Shown here one piece after another: positions 14,856 to 24,844 of a stretch of DNA of 53,273 bases; position 1 is the first letter of the stretch; each line of letters starts with the position of its first letter. The translations under genes were made by a program, and so were the position numbers. The notes below the pieces were generated by a model that did no database searches, was not told the DNA's origin, and saw nothing but the letters and a program-made list of their open reading frames with translations. Source of the stretch: a virus (taxonomy: Duplodnaviria > Heunggongvirae > Uroviricota > Caudoviricetes); the IMG/VR virus record IMGVR_UViG_3300043464_002177; one strand, given 5' to 3'.

Positions 14856-15255
14856 GGGGGTGTCTGGTATTGATTGGCGTTGATATGGTAAATGGGCACG
14901 TAGTCGGATGTCATCTACGACTTTAATCCACGGTGGTAAAATTTAAACGGCAACGTTTATAACAACATGGAAGCTTGCGGCTTGATCGCAACTTCTAACG
15001 TAGCAGTAGCCTAAGGCGAAACTATATCGGGTCGACTGGCATATAACCTAGGAACAGAAGCCTTCAAGGTGTAATACCGCCTCAGAGTGTTGGAGAATGG
15101 TCTGATTGTCTCTTTAAAATCTAGTCAGAAACAGGTTTGTTGTGTAGCTGTGTATGAAACCAACTATTTGTCAGTTGAGAACCAATTGAATAAACGTGTA
15201 GTCCATTTATGATATGGCGAGCAAGACACGGGTTCGAATCCCGTCACCTCCACCA
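14856..15255 (+). ncRNA. ssrA: tmRNA; tag (A)GNVYNNMEACGLIATSNVAVA at 14949-15014
   Basis: GGGGGTG..ATTGA 5' end, T arm GGTTCGAATCC, CACCTCC-A-CCA 3' end with G3:U70, internal tag ORF ending in hydrophobic AVA-stop. Confidence 0.93.
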
Positions 15256-15256
15256 T

Positions 15257-15283
15257 AAACCCATCTTCGGATGGGTTTTTTTA
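15257..15283 (+). terminator. intrinsic terminator after tmRNA
   Basis: AAACCCATC-ttcg-GATGGGTTT + U-tract. Confidence 0.88.
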
Positions 15284-15423
15284 TTTGGTACCTCTATAAA
15301 CGAACAAAAGGTCCGAAGACCCTTTGCCGAGATTTAGAATACCTCCTTTCGTTTTTTTTCTATTATCATTTGATGGCGACCAAACCAATCAAACTCTGAT
15401 AATAAATATCTTTTAAACAACAA

Positions 15424-16389
15424 TTATTTAAATTCTTGTAGGTATTTTCTTAATATTTTTTTTCTTGATTCTTGCATAATAGAAGAATCTGATCCTGGAA
15501 CTTCAAATGGATCTTTTACACTGGTAGCTTGATTTGTTGAACTGTTACTTGCTGCTGACCCATCATTTAATTTTGGCCAAGTATCTTTACCAACAGCACC
15601 ATCATCTTCTAATCCGTTAGCTGCCTGAAAAGCCATAACCATTCTTTTTGTTCTGTTACCAAAAATACCGTCTGGTTTATCATTTTTACTTACGTGAATA
15701 AATCCTTTAGCAATTAATAATTCTTGAATCTTTGTAACAATATCACCTCTCATTCCCACTTTAACAAATTTACCTGCCGCTAAATCATCACCAGTTAAAT
15801 TTGTATCAGTAATTGTTGTGGTGTTAGACGATGAAGATGATGAAGATGATGAGGCTGAACTAGTAGTCCATTTATTAGTTTTAGATGAATAAGTACTACC
15901 ATCATCTAATTTAATAGTATATGCATCTGTTCCGTCACAAGACCATGAGCCATTCTTTTTACTAAAACTACTATGAAATCTATTATTAGAAAAAAATGCC
16001 CAGTAAGCTGGTTTTTTGGTATCATCATCAACAGCATCATATCTTACATAATTATGACTTTTAACAAATTTAAGATCAGTGTCTTTTAAAAGGCAATCAA
16101 AAATACCACCAGCCGTATTAGATGAACCACCGCAATATGTTAATTTTTTTGCCCAAGTAAGATCGCATGCGAATTTTTCAAAAAATGCTTTTTCGGTAAA
16201 TGGCGGTTCAAAAATACCCATATTAGTGATATTGGTAAAAAGGGCTTTAACAGACGCCTCGTCTTTAAAATTCGCTGCAGTCCAATCAGGATATCCTTTT
16301 GGATATTTTTGAGCAAATTTAACAACCTCCTTATTTTTGGTTGCAAATCCTAAAACATCATTGAATAATTTTTTTCTTTTATCTTCCAT
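15424..16389 (-). CDS. peptidoglycan-binding domain protein
   Basis: PG_binding_1-like VTKIQELL..DGIFG..TKRMVMAFQ..NGLEDDGAVGKDTW; Ser/Thr-rich linker. Confidence 0.8.
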   Translation of the reverse strand: MEDKRKKLFNDVLGFATKNKEVVKFAQKYPKGYPDWTAANFKDEASVKALFTNITNMGIFEPPFTEKAFFEKFACDLTWAKKLTYCGGSSNTAGGIFDCLLKDTDLKFVKSHNYVRYDAVDDDTKKPAYWAFFSNNRFHSSFSKKNGSWSCDGTDAYTIKLDDGSTYSSKTNKWTTSSASSSSSSSSSNTTTITDTNLTGDDLAAGKFVKVGMRGDIVTKIQELLIAKGFIHVSKNDKPDGIFGNRTKRMVMAFQAANGLEDDGAVGKDTWPKLNDGSAASNSSTNQATSVKDPFEVPGSDSSIMQESRKKILRKYLQEFK

Positions 16390-16390
16390 A

Positions 16391-17401
16391 TTAATAACTA
16401 TATGAATCTTTTTTATTACTTGTATCTCCTGCAGGTTCTTTTGTTGAATTTTTCATATTCTCTAAAGCCTCTGTTTCCTGTTCAGCTTTGGTTTTTTTAT
16501 CCGCAAAAAAACGTTTAACTTTTTCAGCGGTCCTTCCTTGACCCCCACCTAAAAGAAGTGGAGAAACTAATTCGTTATATACTACTGCTACTGGAAATAC
16601 CCAATGTAATCCAACAGGTTCCCAAGCTTTCACTAATCTATCCCAAGCCGCTTCTATTTCAGAATCATAAACTGGTGTTTCTTCTGGAACATCTTTAAGA
16701 CAATCGTATAAAAAATTTGCACCAGTAAAAAGACCTGTCCAAAATGCCCATTTTTTAAAAATTTGACCTGTAAAATTTGCAATAGCGTTTGGCCACCCAT
16801 TTCTCTGAAGTGTAGCTTTAATTAAAGAAAAGTCACCAACCCCAGTCCAAAACCATGAATGTACTTTTTTCAATTCTTCTGGTTTTAATTTGGTAATATA
16901 TGGTCTAGTAAATTTTAAAAGAAACGGAATATTCCTTGCAACACCTTTTGCAAATAAAGTTGGGGCACCAGAAACCTTCCAACCAGCTTTAAACGATTGC
17001 GCTATAGTTTCTGTACTTCTTGTATATGCTTCTGCAATTTTTTTAAATGATCCTTTATAGGTGTCAATTGCAGTTTCGCTAACATCTATTTTGTTTTTGG
17101 CTACTAATTGTTTAAAAGTATCTAGAATATAATCCCACTTAAACAAAACCATAATTTCATCAACGCTAAGTTTTGCCCAATCAATTGATTGAATACCCTT
17201 TGCTGCTGTAAGTGTAACTTTACCAGATTTAACTAAATCTTTTAATTCATCTGATTTTAGTAAATCATCTGGTACTCTTTTCACGCCAGCTTTTATCATT
17301 CCTAAAAATTCAGCAACCCATGATGTAGGACCAGTGGCTTCATTTAAAACACCACTTAATTTTCTAAATTTTTCTATTTCTTCGTTTAAATTATTTTTCA
17401 T
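16391..17401 (-). CDS. hypothetical late protein with N-terminal (I/L)xE motif
   Basis: MKNNLNEEIEKFRKLSGVLNE; hydrophobic C-terminal segments. Confidence 0.8.
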   Translation of the reverse strand: MKNNLNEEIEKFRKLSGVLNEATGPTSWVAEFLGMIKAGVKRVPDDLLKSDELKDLVKSGKVTLTAAKGIQSIDWAKLSVDEIMVLFKWDYILDTFKQLVAKNKIDVSETAIDTYKGSFKKIAEAYTRSTETIAQSFKAGWKVSGAPTLFAKGVARNIPFLLKFTRPYITKLKPEELKKVHSWFWTGVGDFSLIKATLQRNGWPNAIANFTGQIFKKWAFWTGLFTGANFLYDCLKDVPEETPVYDSEIEAAWDRLVKAWEPVGLHWVFPVAVVYNELVSPLLLGGGQGRTAEKVKRFFADKKTKAEQETEALENMKNSTKEPAGDTSNKKDSYSY

Positions 17402-17423
17402 ATCGTCCTTTTATTTTAAATAT

Positions 17424-18947
17424 TTAATTTTTATCTAATTGATCAGCAATTACATCAAGATCAGAATTTGGGTCTTTAAAAAATGCATCCAAAACACCTT
17501 TTTGTATTTTTCTAAGCTTATTAAGTTTATTTTCATCATCAACATCATACATTCCACCATACTTTTCAAATATTGGTTTAATGATCATAGAATATGTTGC
17601 GGGGTCTTGTTCTTTAGCTTTTTTAGCTAAACTTGCAATTTGTTGATCCTCATTAGAAGGTAACATACCTTGTAATACTTGTTGCTGAGCTTTTTTATTT
17701 AAGTATTCGTCAACTTTTATACCTCCATATATTATTAATCCACTAGCCGTTAAATCAAACCCAAATCTCCTTAATGCTAAATTATTATATAATTGAGTGG
17801 CTTTAACTTTATCAAGTTGACCATTTCTAATTAATACATTTAATCTTTTAACAACATCAATAGAATTTTCTCTTGTGACATTCTCAAGAACTTCCTTTTC
17901 TATTAGTTTTCTCAATTTATCTGGGTTTTCAGCCAATAAATTTTGCATGAAAACTCTTTCTTTATTTGGTAAAGTTTCTACCTTAGCAATAAGATCTGAT
18001 TTACTAGTTATTGGAGCAAATTCTTTAGCTAATTTTTCAGCAGTTTCTTTTGGTACATTAAGCAATTTGTTATATTTGCCAATAACAGGTATGAATGCCA
18101 AAATAGTGCTAACACCAGCACCAATTGTATCACCTTCTGAATATTGAAGTGCAGCCGAAACCAAATCTATACCAATAGATACCAAAATACCTCCGACCCC
18201 AGGAATTAATACTGCAGCCAATATAGACGCCCCAGTAAGTATTTCATATTTCCACTTTTCCCAAAAAGTTTTTTCAATCTCAACACCAACAAATCCGGAA
18301 CCTTGATCACTATAATAACCAACAAATTTCCATCCGTTAGGTTCTGGATACATCACATAAAATTTTCGTTGAAACTCCTCAGCGCTTACATTTCTAAATT
18401 GTTCTAATTTTGGGTGTTTAAAAGAGGCTGTGTATGTTTTATTATCTGGGGTTTTAAATGTACTAACACTATTTAGTTTTATTATTTTCGACCAATCTGT
18501 AGGTATCCATTTTTCTGTTTCTTTATTACCTAAACCACCGTTCTCTTTTGAAATCATGGGCTTCAATGAATTTTTAAATTTACTACCATTCATTGAACTT
18601 TGATCAAAAAAACCAATAATCTGTGTATTAGCCGGAGCATTCATGATTTTACCATCTGGTCTTAAAATTTGAACAACAGAATTAGATGCTTGTTCACTTA
18701 ATGGGTTTGCTTTACCTCTACTAATCTTTGAACCAACAATTTCTGACCATGTTGTGACACCAACTTGATTAGCTGGTCCTCTGGTAACCCCGCTTTCCCA
18801 TTTAGACGCACCAGTTTTCTTTTCACCATCGCTAGACGTACCGGCTTCAGGCGCCCCTTCACCGGCCCCTTGTTCCTTAAGTTCCTGATTATTAGATGTT
18901 AATCTAATTAATTCCTTAAGTTGTTTTTCTGTAATAACTAAACGCAT
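17424..18947 (-). CDS. hypothetical late protein with central hydrophobic (pre-toxin-TG-like) segment
   Basis: MRLVITEKQL start; IGAGVSTILAFIPVIGK segment. Confidence 0.8.
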   Translation of the reverse strand: MRLVITEKQLKELIRLTSNNQELKEQGAGEGAPEAGTSSDGEKKTGASKWESGVTRGPANQVGVTTWSEIVGSKISRGKANPLSEQASNSVVQILRPDGKIMNAPANTQIIGFFDQSSMNGSKFKNSLKPMISKENGGLGNKETEKWIPTDWSKIIKLNSVSTFKTPDNKTYTASFKHPKLEQFRNVSAEEFQRKFYVMYPEPNGWKFVGYYSDQGSGFVGVEIEKTFWEKWKYEILTGASILAAVLIPGVGGILVSIGIDLVSAALQYSEGDTIGAGVSTILAFIPVIGKYNKLLNVPKETAEKLAKEFAPITSKSDLIAKVETLPNKERVFMQNLLAENPDKLRKLIEKEVLENVTRENSIDVVKRLNVLIRNGQLDKVKATQLYNNLALRRFGFDLTASGLIIYGGIKVDEYLNKKAQQQVLQGMLPSNEDQQIASLAKKAKEQDPATYSMIIKPIFEKYGGMYDVDDENKLNKLRKIQKGVLDAFFKDPNSDLDVIADQLDKN

Positions 18948-19030
18948 ACCCTATAAATATAAAAATATTTGAGTTTTTTTTGGTGATATCAAGAAAATAT
19001 ACTTGTTTTGCACATTAAAATCAATAAAAA

Positions 19031-19579
19031 ATGAAAAAATTACTTTTAATACTAATACCAGTCCTCTTATCTGGTTGTGAGAAGATCGAATTTGAAACAT
19101 ATCCCAAATTATCGGGTCAGTGGAAATTAATATCAGCAGATATTACAATACAAGGTATTCATGGAGATTCCGTGATCCATATTTTAAATGACACAATTAT
19201 CACTGAACAATATAATGTAAGTTCAATAAATGGTAATGTGGTGACTTTTAAACAGAATTATAGTAGAGCTAAACCATTAGATCGTTTTGTTTTAAATAAA
19301 ACTATTTGGGAATTTGAAACAAATATTTTAGGATTACCGACCATGATTAACAACGCACCTGGATATGAATATCAAACATATTATAGTCCAACACAAGATC
19401 TATATTCTGGGAAATATAACGCAATTAAAACGGCTGAAGGTAGATATATTCAAATAAACCAATATGGGTTAACTGAATTAAAGTTGGTATATCCTAACGT
19501 TTGGACAATGTTTAGAAGAAATACCAATGTTGAGGTGTTTATGAAGGAAAATGTTGTTCTTCATTTTAGAAGAATTTAA
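19031..19579 (+). CDS. putative lipoprotein
   Basis: Lipobox LSGC; LSGQWKL lipocalin-like start. Confidence 0.75.
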   Translation: MKKLLLILIPVLLSGCEKIEFETYPKLSGQWKLISADITIQGIHGDSVIHILNDTIITEQYNVSSINGNVVTFKQNYSRAKPLDRFVLNKTIWEFETNILGLPTMINNAPGYEYQTYYSPTQDLYSGKYNAIKTAEGRYIQINQYGLTELKLVYPNVWTMFRRNTNVEVFMKENVVLHFRRI

Positions 19580-19948
19580 TTATTCTTCATATATAGTTGG
19601 GTCTTTTTGAGCAAACATCTTGATGTATTGTCCCGCTTTAGCATTTGCTTCATCCTCGATTTCACCCCCAATGTCTGGTGGTTTAACCTCTAAACGACCT
19701 TGTTCATATTGTTTATGGTGAACAAGCTCATGAGCAATACTACGCATGACATCAACCACCATTCTATTTTTAACATTAACCCTGATCACTTTTTCAGGTT
19801 TAGTGTAATCATAGTTTGCGGTTGTTTTTAGATTTTTTTTACCATTTTGTAAAACAACAGATGGGGTGGTTTTTAATCCTAAATCACCCTTTACGAATTT
19901 TATAAATTCTTTAATTGTTTCCCTTTGCTTATCGTTTAAAAAAGACAT
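19580..19948 (-). CDS. putative zinc metallopeptidase (HExxH)
   Basis: RSIAHELVHHKQ followed by EDEANA. Confidence 0.75.
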   Translation of the reverse strand: MSFLNDKQRETIKEFIKFVKGDLGLKTTPSVVLQNGKKNLKTTANYDYTKPEKVIRVNVKNRMVVDVMRSIAHELVHHKQYEQGRLEVKPPDIGGEIEDEANAKAGQYIKMFAQKDPTIYEE

Positions 19949-19961
19949 ATAATAATAAATA

Positions 19962-20255
19962 TTACAAAATTTCTTCTCCGGGTAAATCGTTACGATTTAA
20001 ATACTCAATTATGATTTCAGATATGAAATCTTCATCTATTTCTGTATCTTCATCGATTATCGATGGGGAGTAAAAATCCACATCTTCCGCGGTTAACTCT
20101 AAAATTCTATAAAAATCATCACCATCTTCTTCCGTTGAGAATTCAATATATAGATTCCCAGTTTCTTCGTTTAAGTAAAATTCTCGTATTATCATTTTTT
20201 CAAGTAACACCAAATAAGTATGTCTTTTTTTATTAAAAGTCATCTTTTTATTCAA
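19962..20255 (-). CDS. acidic hypothetical protein
   Basis: ORF track; D/E-rich. Confidence 0.7.
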   Translation of the reverse strand: MNKKMTFNKKRHTYLVLLEKMIIREFYLNEETGNLYIEFSTEEDGDDFYRILELTAEDVDFYSPSIIDEDTEIDEDFISEIIIEYLNRNDLPGEEIL

Positions 20256-20609
20256 TTGATGATAGATATTTGTTATATTATGCTTATGTTTGATTGGTAT
20301 TGTATTGAATTTTTATATCCTAAAGCCTTTAAAAGGTTTAATGATGTTATGTTCCCTAATATAGGTGTTTTAAGCATTTCAACTATTACAACATATGATC
20401 TTAAAAAATTATATCGCTTCTTTGATAAGGAAGGTGTTTTTTTAACTATTGAAATGTATAACCCAAAACAGTGGTTATTCAGCATATCATTAAATAACGG
20501 CATTGTTTTTGGCCCGACACAATCTTCTAAAGAAACTAGAGAAGAATGTGAATCAGATGGTTTTTTGGAGTGTTTTAGAATATTAGAAAAAAAGTTGACA
20601 GATGAGTAG
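20220..20609 (+). CDS. hypothetical protein (start uncertain, probably ~20280)
   Basis: ORF track; overlaps the next ORF by 8 nt. Confidence 0.65.
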   Translation: MSFFIKSHLFIQLMIDICYIMLMFDWYCIEFLYPKAFKRFNDVMFPNIGVLSISTITTYDLKKLYRFFDKEGVFLTIEMYNPKQWLFSISLNNGIVFGPTQSSKETREECESDGFLECFRILEKKLTDE

Positions 20610-20916
20610 CCCACTATTTATGGATATGTCAATATCATTTTTACTACAAGCAACAAGGGTTTTACACGTAGGAAACTATGATGAAGATGAAGTACAAATG
20701 ATATATGATTATATTAGAAACCTTGACAATGAACTAATTTTTCATTATCATTCAAATAAAACCATATTAAGTTATGAAAATGATCTCGAGTTATTAATAG
20801 AGATCATTGATAAAATGATTCACATATTGGAACAAACAGAAGAATATGAGAAATGTTTAATCTTAAAAAATAAAAAAGAAAACTGTAAAAAAATAAACTT
20901 AAAAAAAACAATTTAA
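20602..20916 (+). CDS. hypothetical protein with C-terminal EEYEKC (UVR-like) motif
   Basis: ORF track. Confidence 0.7.
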   Translation: MSSPLFMDMSISFLLQATRVLHVGNYDEDEVQMIYDYIRNLDNELIFHYHSNKTILSYENDLELLIEIIDKMIHILEQTEEYEKCLILKNKKENCKKINLKKTI

Positions 20917-20917
20917 A

Positions 20918-21064
20918 ATGAATAACGTATTTAAAATGAACGAGGAAGAAAAAAAGAAAATCCTTGAAAAACACAAAGAAGCAACTAAAAATCATTATCA
21001 GAAAAAAGATGAAGATAAAAAGGGTTTACAAAAACCTAACACCGAAAACAAGAAAACCTCCTAA
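20918..21064 (+). CDS. small charged protein (48 aa, MNNVFKMNEEEKKKILEKHK...)
   Basis: Manual translation; N-terminus resembles LTEEERKQIMGMH of the 46167 ORF; followed by a terminator. Confidence 0.65.
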   Translation: MNNVFKMNEEEKKKILEKHKEATKNHYQKKDEDKKGLQKPNTENKKTS

Positions 21065-21078
21065 TTGGAGGTTTTTTT
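21053..21078. terminator. bidirectional terminator between convergent genes
   Basis: AAAACCTC-ctaattg-GAGGTTTT. Confidence 0.75.
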
Positions 21079-21303
21079 ATTTAAAAGCTTCGTAAACCAA
21101 ATATAAAACCCAAAAAATAGCCCCGCAATACAATACAAGACGAAGTTCGCTTTCCATAAACTTCCCGTCAGTACAAACAGGGAATACTGAACGGCATCGA
21201 ACCCAAATGGATTGAAGAATAGTGCTAACATTAACATCATATCTTTTAATATATGAAGTCTTTGTTCCCTTTGTTTTAAGGATTTTATTTTCTTGATCAC
21301 CAT
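21061..21303 (-). CDS. small membrane protein
   Basis: Two hydrophobic segments; preferred over the overlapping 21077..21313 frame. Confidence 0.6.
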   Translation of the reverse strand: MVIKKIKSLKQREQRLHILKDMMLMLALFFNPFGFDAVQYSLFVLTGSLWKANFVLYCIAGLFFGFYIWFTKLLNKKTSN

Positions 21304-21356
21304 CAGCGTCCATGTATAAAGGGTTTATCTAGTTATGGATATAGTATCCTATAAAA

Positions 21357-22448
21357 CTATAAATATGTGTTAATTTCTTCTTTTACCCTTTTTAACGCTG
21401 ATGCAACAACTTGATGCATATCATAATATTTGTAATCAGCCAATCTTCCACCAAATATTACGTTTTCTTCTAAAACCATTAATTTTTTATATTCACCATA
21501 TCTAATATTATTAGCTTCATTGTTTATGGGATAATATGGCTCACCTTCTGTTCTTGGGTATTCTTCTGTTACAACTGTTTTTAATTGATCCCCGAACTCA
21601 AAGTGTTTATGTTCGATTATTCTTGTGTATTCTGTTTCTAAGTCTGTATAATTTACAACTGCATTGCCCTGAAAATCTTTAGAATTTATTGTTTTTGTTT
21701 TAAACTCTAAACTTCTATATTCTAATTTACCAAAAATAAAATCATAATATCGATCTATTGGCCCGGTATAAACCACCTTAGTTGCTTGATCATCCCAGTG
21801 TTTTCGATCTTCAAAATAATCAACATTTAATTTAACATCAATACCATCTAATAGTTTATTAAAGATTTCTGTATAACCACCTATTGGTATGCCCTGATAT
21901 TTGTCAAAAAAATAGTTGTCATCATAATTCAATCTTATTGGTAATCTTTTTATGATACTTGTTGGTAGTGATTTAGGATCACAACCCCATTGCTTAGTGG
22001 TATATCCCTTTATGAATATTTCATAAATCTCTTTTCCAACTTGTGATAATACCCAATCCTCCAAATTTCTTGGTGTTGGTATATCATATCTTACATGTTC
22101 TAAAATTAATTTAGCTTGTTCTGGTGTTGATACATTATATATTTGATATAATGTCATTAAATTTATTGGGAAAGAATAAATGTTGTTTTTATAATTTACT
22201 TTAGGTCTATTAACAAAGTGATTAAACTTAGTGTATTTGTTCATGTATTCCCAAACTCTATCATCTGATGTATGAAAAATGTGTGGACCATATTTGTGCA
22301 CATTAATACCCTCTATATTTTCCGTAAAACAATTACCGCCGATATGGTTTCTCTTATCTATTACAAGACATTTAAATCCCTTATCGGTTAATTCTCTTGC
22401 AAAAATAGAACCAAATAATCCAGAACCAACGATTAGATAGTTATACAT
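21357..22448 (-). CDS. glf: UDP-galactopyranose mutase
   Basis: GSGLFG FAD motif, HIGGNC, YGPHIFHT, KYQGIP, GRLADYKYYDM. Confidence 0.96.
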   Translation of the reverse strand: MYNYLIVGSGLFGSIFARELTDKGFKCLVIDKRNHIGGNCFTENIEGINVHKYGPHIFHTSDDRVWEYMNKYTKFNHFVNRPKVNYKNNIYSFPINLMTLYQIYNVSTPEQAKLILEHVRYDIPTPRNLEDWVLSQVGKEIYEIFIKGYTTKQWGCDPKSLPTSIIKRLPIRLNYDDNYFFDKYQGIPIGGYTEIFNKLLDGIDVKLNVDYFEDRKHWDDQATKVVYTGPIDRYYDFIFGKLEYRSLEFKTKTINSKDFQGNAVVNYTDLETEYTRIIEHKHFEFGDQLKTVVTEEYPRTEGEPYYPINNEANNIRYGEYKKLMVLEENVIFGGRLADYKYYDMHQVVASALKRVKEEINTYL

Positions 22449-23071
22449 GGTCTAGAATATACATTTGTAAAAATATTATCATAACCAATAAAGCCACCAA
22501 CATTATCACTTACACTGTCTATTTGTGAAACCATTAAAGGATATCCACCTAATTTACTGAAAGGCTGTTGTGTCATCCACGCATCGATTGGTGGATGCAC
22601 TTCTGGATCATAAGCTAACATTTTATCATACGCTCTGGATGGAATGATATAAGCATGAACACAATAACAACCATGTATGCGTAATAAATTTTCATCAATC
22701 ACATTCAATGGATTATCGAATATGTTTGCGTTAACATAGTATATATCCCAATCGTCTCTCTTAAATAAACTTTTTAAAGATTGTTCTAGTAAATTAATTG
22801 TACCTTCTTTAAAGAAAATATCATCTTCCAATATTAGAATATTATCTAAATTTTTGTCTTTAGCATATTGTATTAAATTGCGGTGTGATGTTCCACTCGC
22901 TATAACACAATTTTGTGGTGTTCTATTTTCAGCTTTAATTGCACTATATCTCTGTACAAAATCTTCTAAACCATATTTGGCTAATTCTTTATCCATGTGT
23001 TGTTTTCTATCTGGACGATCATCCAAATTTATATACCAAGCTTCGCTAACGTAATTTTTTAAAAATGTCAT
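22433..23071 (-). CDS. glycosyltransferase family 25-like
   Basis: YINLDDRPDR, SH, ILILEDD, HAYII motifs. Confidence 0.85.
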   Translation of the reverse strand: MTFLKNYVSEAWYINLDDRPDRKQHMDKELAKYGLEDFVQRYSAIKAENRTPQNCVIASGTSHRNLIQYAKDKNLDNILILEDDIFFKEGTINLLEQSLKSLFKRDDWDIYYVNANIFDNPLNVIDENLLRIHGCYCVHAYIIPSRAYDKMLAYDPEVHPPIDAWMTQQPFSKLGGYPLMVSQIDSVSDNVGGFIGYDNIFTNVYSRPCITI

Positions 23072-23114
23072 ATTTTATTTATTTTGTTTTAATTATTATA
23101 CTTGCCTCAAACTA

Positions 23115-24344
23115 TTATATCTTAAAATATGATGGTGTTTTCCATTCAAGATCATTTGAAAACGGCCATACTAATAATTGTGTTGGTATTTGTCTATTTT
23201 TAGATCTATCAAATTTAAAATTTCTTGATGTAATTTTTCCGTCGATAATATCTTTATTTTCGGTATAAACAATATCTTCTCTATGTATTGCAACACCATT
23301 TTGATCTAGAACAATCATGGCCCAAAATCTAACATTATCCACTTTTTCTATTTTTTCAAAATCCCAAGATAATTTATCATTAAAGGTCACTTGTTCATTG
23401 TCCCAACCTTCTTCAGAGTTTGAACACGGTGGTTCAATACCTTTTTCAGCATCTTTGTGTACCAAATATTTTACAAAATCAACACCCGAATAGTTTGTGT
23501 AATCTTCTAATGTTCTTTTTGTTCCCAAACCATAAATCCCCAACTCATAATTTTTATTTCTACCAAGCAAACAATCTAATCTATCGTGTGCAACTCTATT
23601 GTATGTTGACCAATTCTTATCATCATCCCAATGTTTTGAATTACCTAATCTCTGATAGAAATGATAAACGATAACTCTGTGTGAATTGTAAATGTTGTAA
23701 CCATGTGTATAGTATCTTACAGCCATTGCAGTTTCTTCTCCAGAAAAATAAAAATCAGGATCATAAGGAACTGTTTGATTAATTTCACCTGGTCCAAATA
23801 TAAAACCAGCTGAAATATGTATACCCCTAGGTGGTTTTGTTTTTAATTCCCAACCATCCATATTTGCTGGGCGATTTAAAGGATATCTATGATCAAATCT
23901 ATAAACATTACATATCTGTGGGACATTGTACCAAGTACTTTCTGAACTTTCCGGATTAAAATTAGGTGGATATCCAGTTATAATTGCATTTTCATCATCT
24001 AAAGATTCCCAAATATTAATTAGGGTTTCGTCCCAGTTTTCAATAAACCTCATATGAGAATCTAATTGAAGTGAAAACTTTTCACCATTCCATTGTTTCT
24101 GTGTAACATTACGAGCCCAACAAGCGCCCTTAGATTCCGTGTAATTATAATCTAATATTTTAAATCTGGGGTCATCTTTAAATTCATCTAAAGTATCCCA
24201 TACGTCATCCGGATTGTGTTGCCAACATATTGTAAAAACCAGATTTTCTGGATGTTTAGCTCTTTCAATACAATGTCTTAATGTTGGTAAAAGTTGAGCA
24301 TCTCGATATGATGCTATTTGTACAAAAATTTTATTATTGTCCAT
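23115..24344 (-). CDS. GlcNAc transferase ([Skp1]-hydroxyproline GlcNAc-T / GT60-like)
   Basis: IFVQIASYRD, GACWAR, LQLDSHMRF, FSGEE, VYHFY; start moved to MDNNK at 24344. Confidence 0.85.
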   Translation of the reverse strand: MDNNKIFVQIASYRDAQLLPTLRHCIERAKHPENLVFTICWQHNPDDVWDTLDEFKDDPRFKILDYNYTESKGACWARNVTQKQWNGEKFSLQLDSHMRFIENWDETLINIWESLDDENAIITGYPPNFNPESSESTWYNVPQICNVYRFDHRYPLNRPANMDGWELKTKPPRGIHISAGFIFGPGEINQTVPYDPDFYFSGEETAMAVRYYTHGYNIYNSHRVIVYHFYQRLGNSKHWDDDKNWSTYNRVAHDRLDCLLGRNKNYELGIYGLGTKRTLEDYTNYSGVDFVKYLVHKDAEKGIEPPCSNSEEGWDNEQVTFNDKLSWDFEKIEKVDNVRFWAMIVLDQNGVAIHREDIVYTENKDIIDGKITSRNFKFDRSKNRQIPTQLLVWPFSNDLEWKTPSYFKI

Positions 24345-24457
24345 ATTAGTATTTGTTAGAATAATTATACACAAAAAATATATCAAAACGAACCCTAAAA
24401 TCGATTTTTTATTTTGAAAAATTATTCTTATATTAGATCTTATAAACGACTTAATAC

Positions 24458-24844
24458 ATGGCTTACTTACCAAAAATAGAAAACATAGCAAATGAAATTA
24501 TTCAAACATTAATTGAAGATAAATTCTTTGAAGACTTTGAAATAGAAGACTATAGCTATACAAAAAAAAGATTTTGTGAGGAACTAACAACCAAGTTTTT
24601 ACTTAACGGTTTAGAAAACGAAGATATTGGTATTTTTAATGAAGATGAGTTTGATAAAATATTAAAAGAAATTGTTGCTGAGGATATGTTAAGAAGCTTA
24701 CAAAAAACTGGGCTTATAAATTCTTACGAAGATGATAATACCGAAGAAGTCTTTTTTTTAACTGAAAAAGGTCGTGAAGAAATGCAAAAAAAATTAGATG
24801 ATGAAAATGATATTTTGAATATTTTTGTTGATGATGATGTCTAA
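24458..24844 (+). CDS. acidic hypothetical protein
   Basis: ORF track. Confidence 0.7.
   Translation: MAYLPKIENIANEIIQTLIEDKFFEDFEIEDYSYTKKRFCEELTTKFLLNGLENEDIGIFNEDEFDKILKEIVAEDMLRSLQKTGLINSYEDDNTEEVFFLTEKGREEMQKKLDDENDILNIFVDDDV

Noticed and set aside
15820-15860. GATGAA/TCA repeats as a DNA repeat element
   Set aside because: They simply encode the poly-Ser linker of the PG-binding protein.
20273-20614. 113-aa minus-strand ORF
   Set aside because: Shadow of the + strand gene 20220-20609, which is coupled to the next + gene.
21077-21313. 78-aa alternative minus frame
   Set aside because: The overlapping 21061-21303 frame has a coherent membrane-protein pattern and ends at the terminator.
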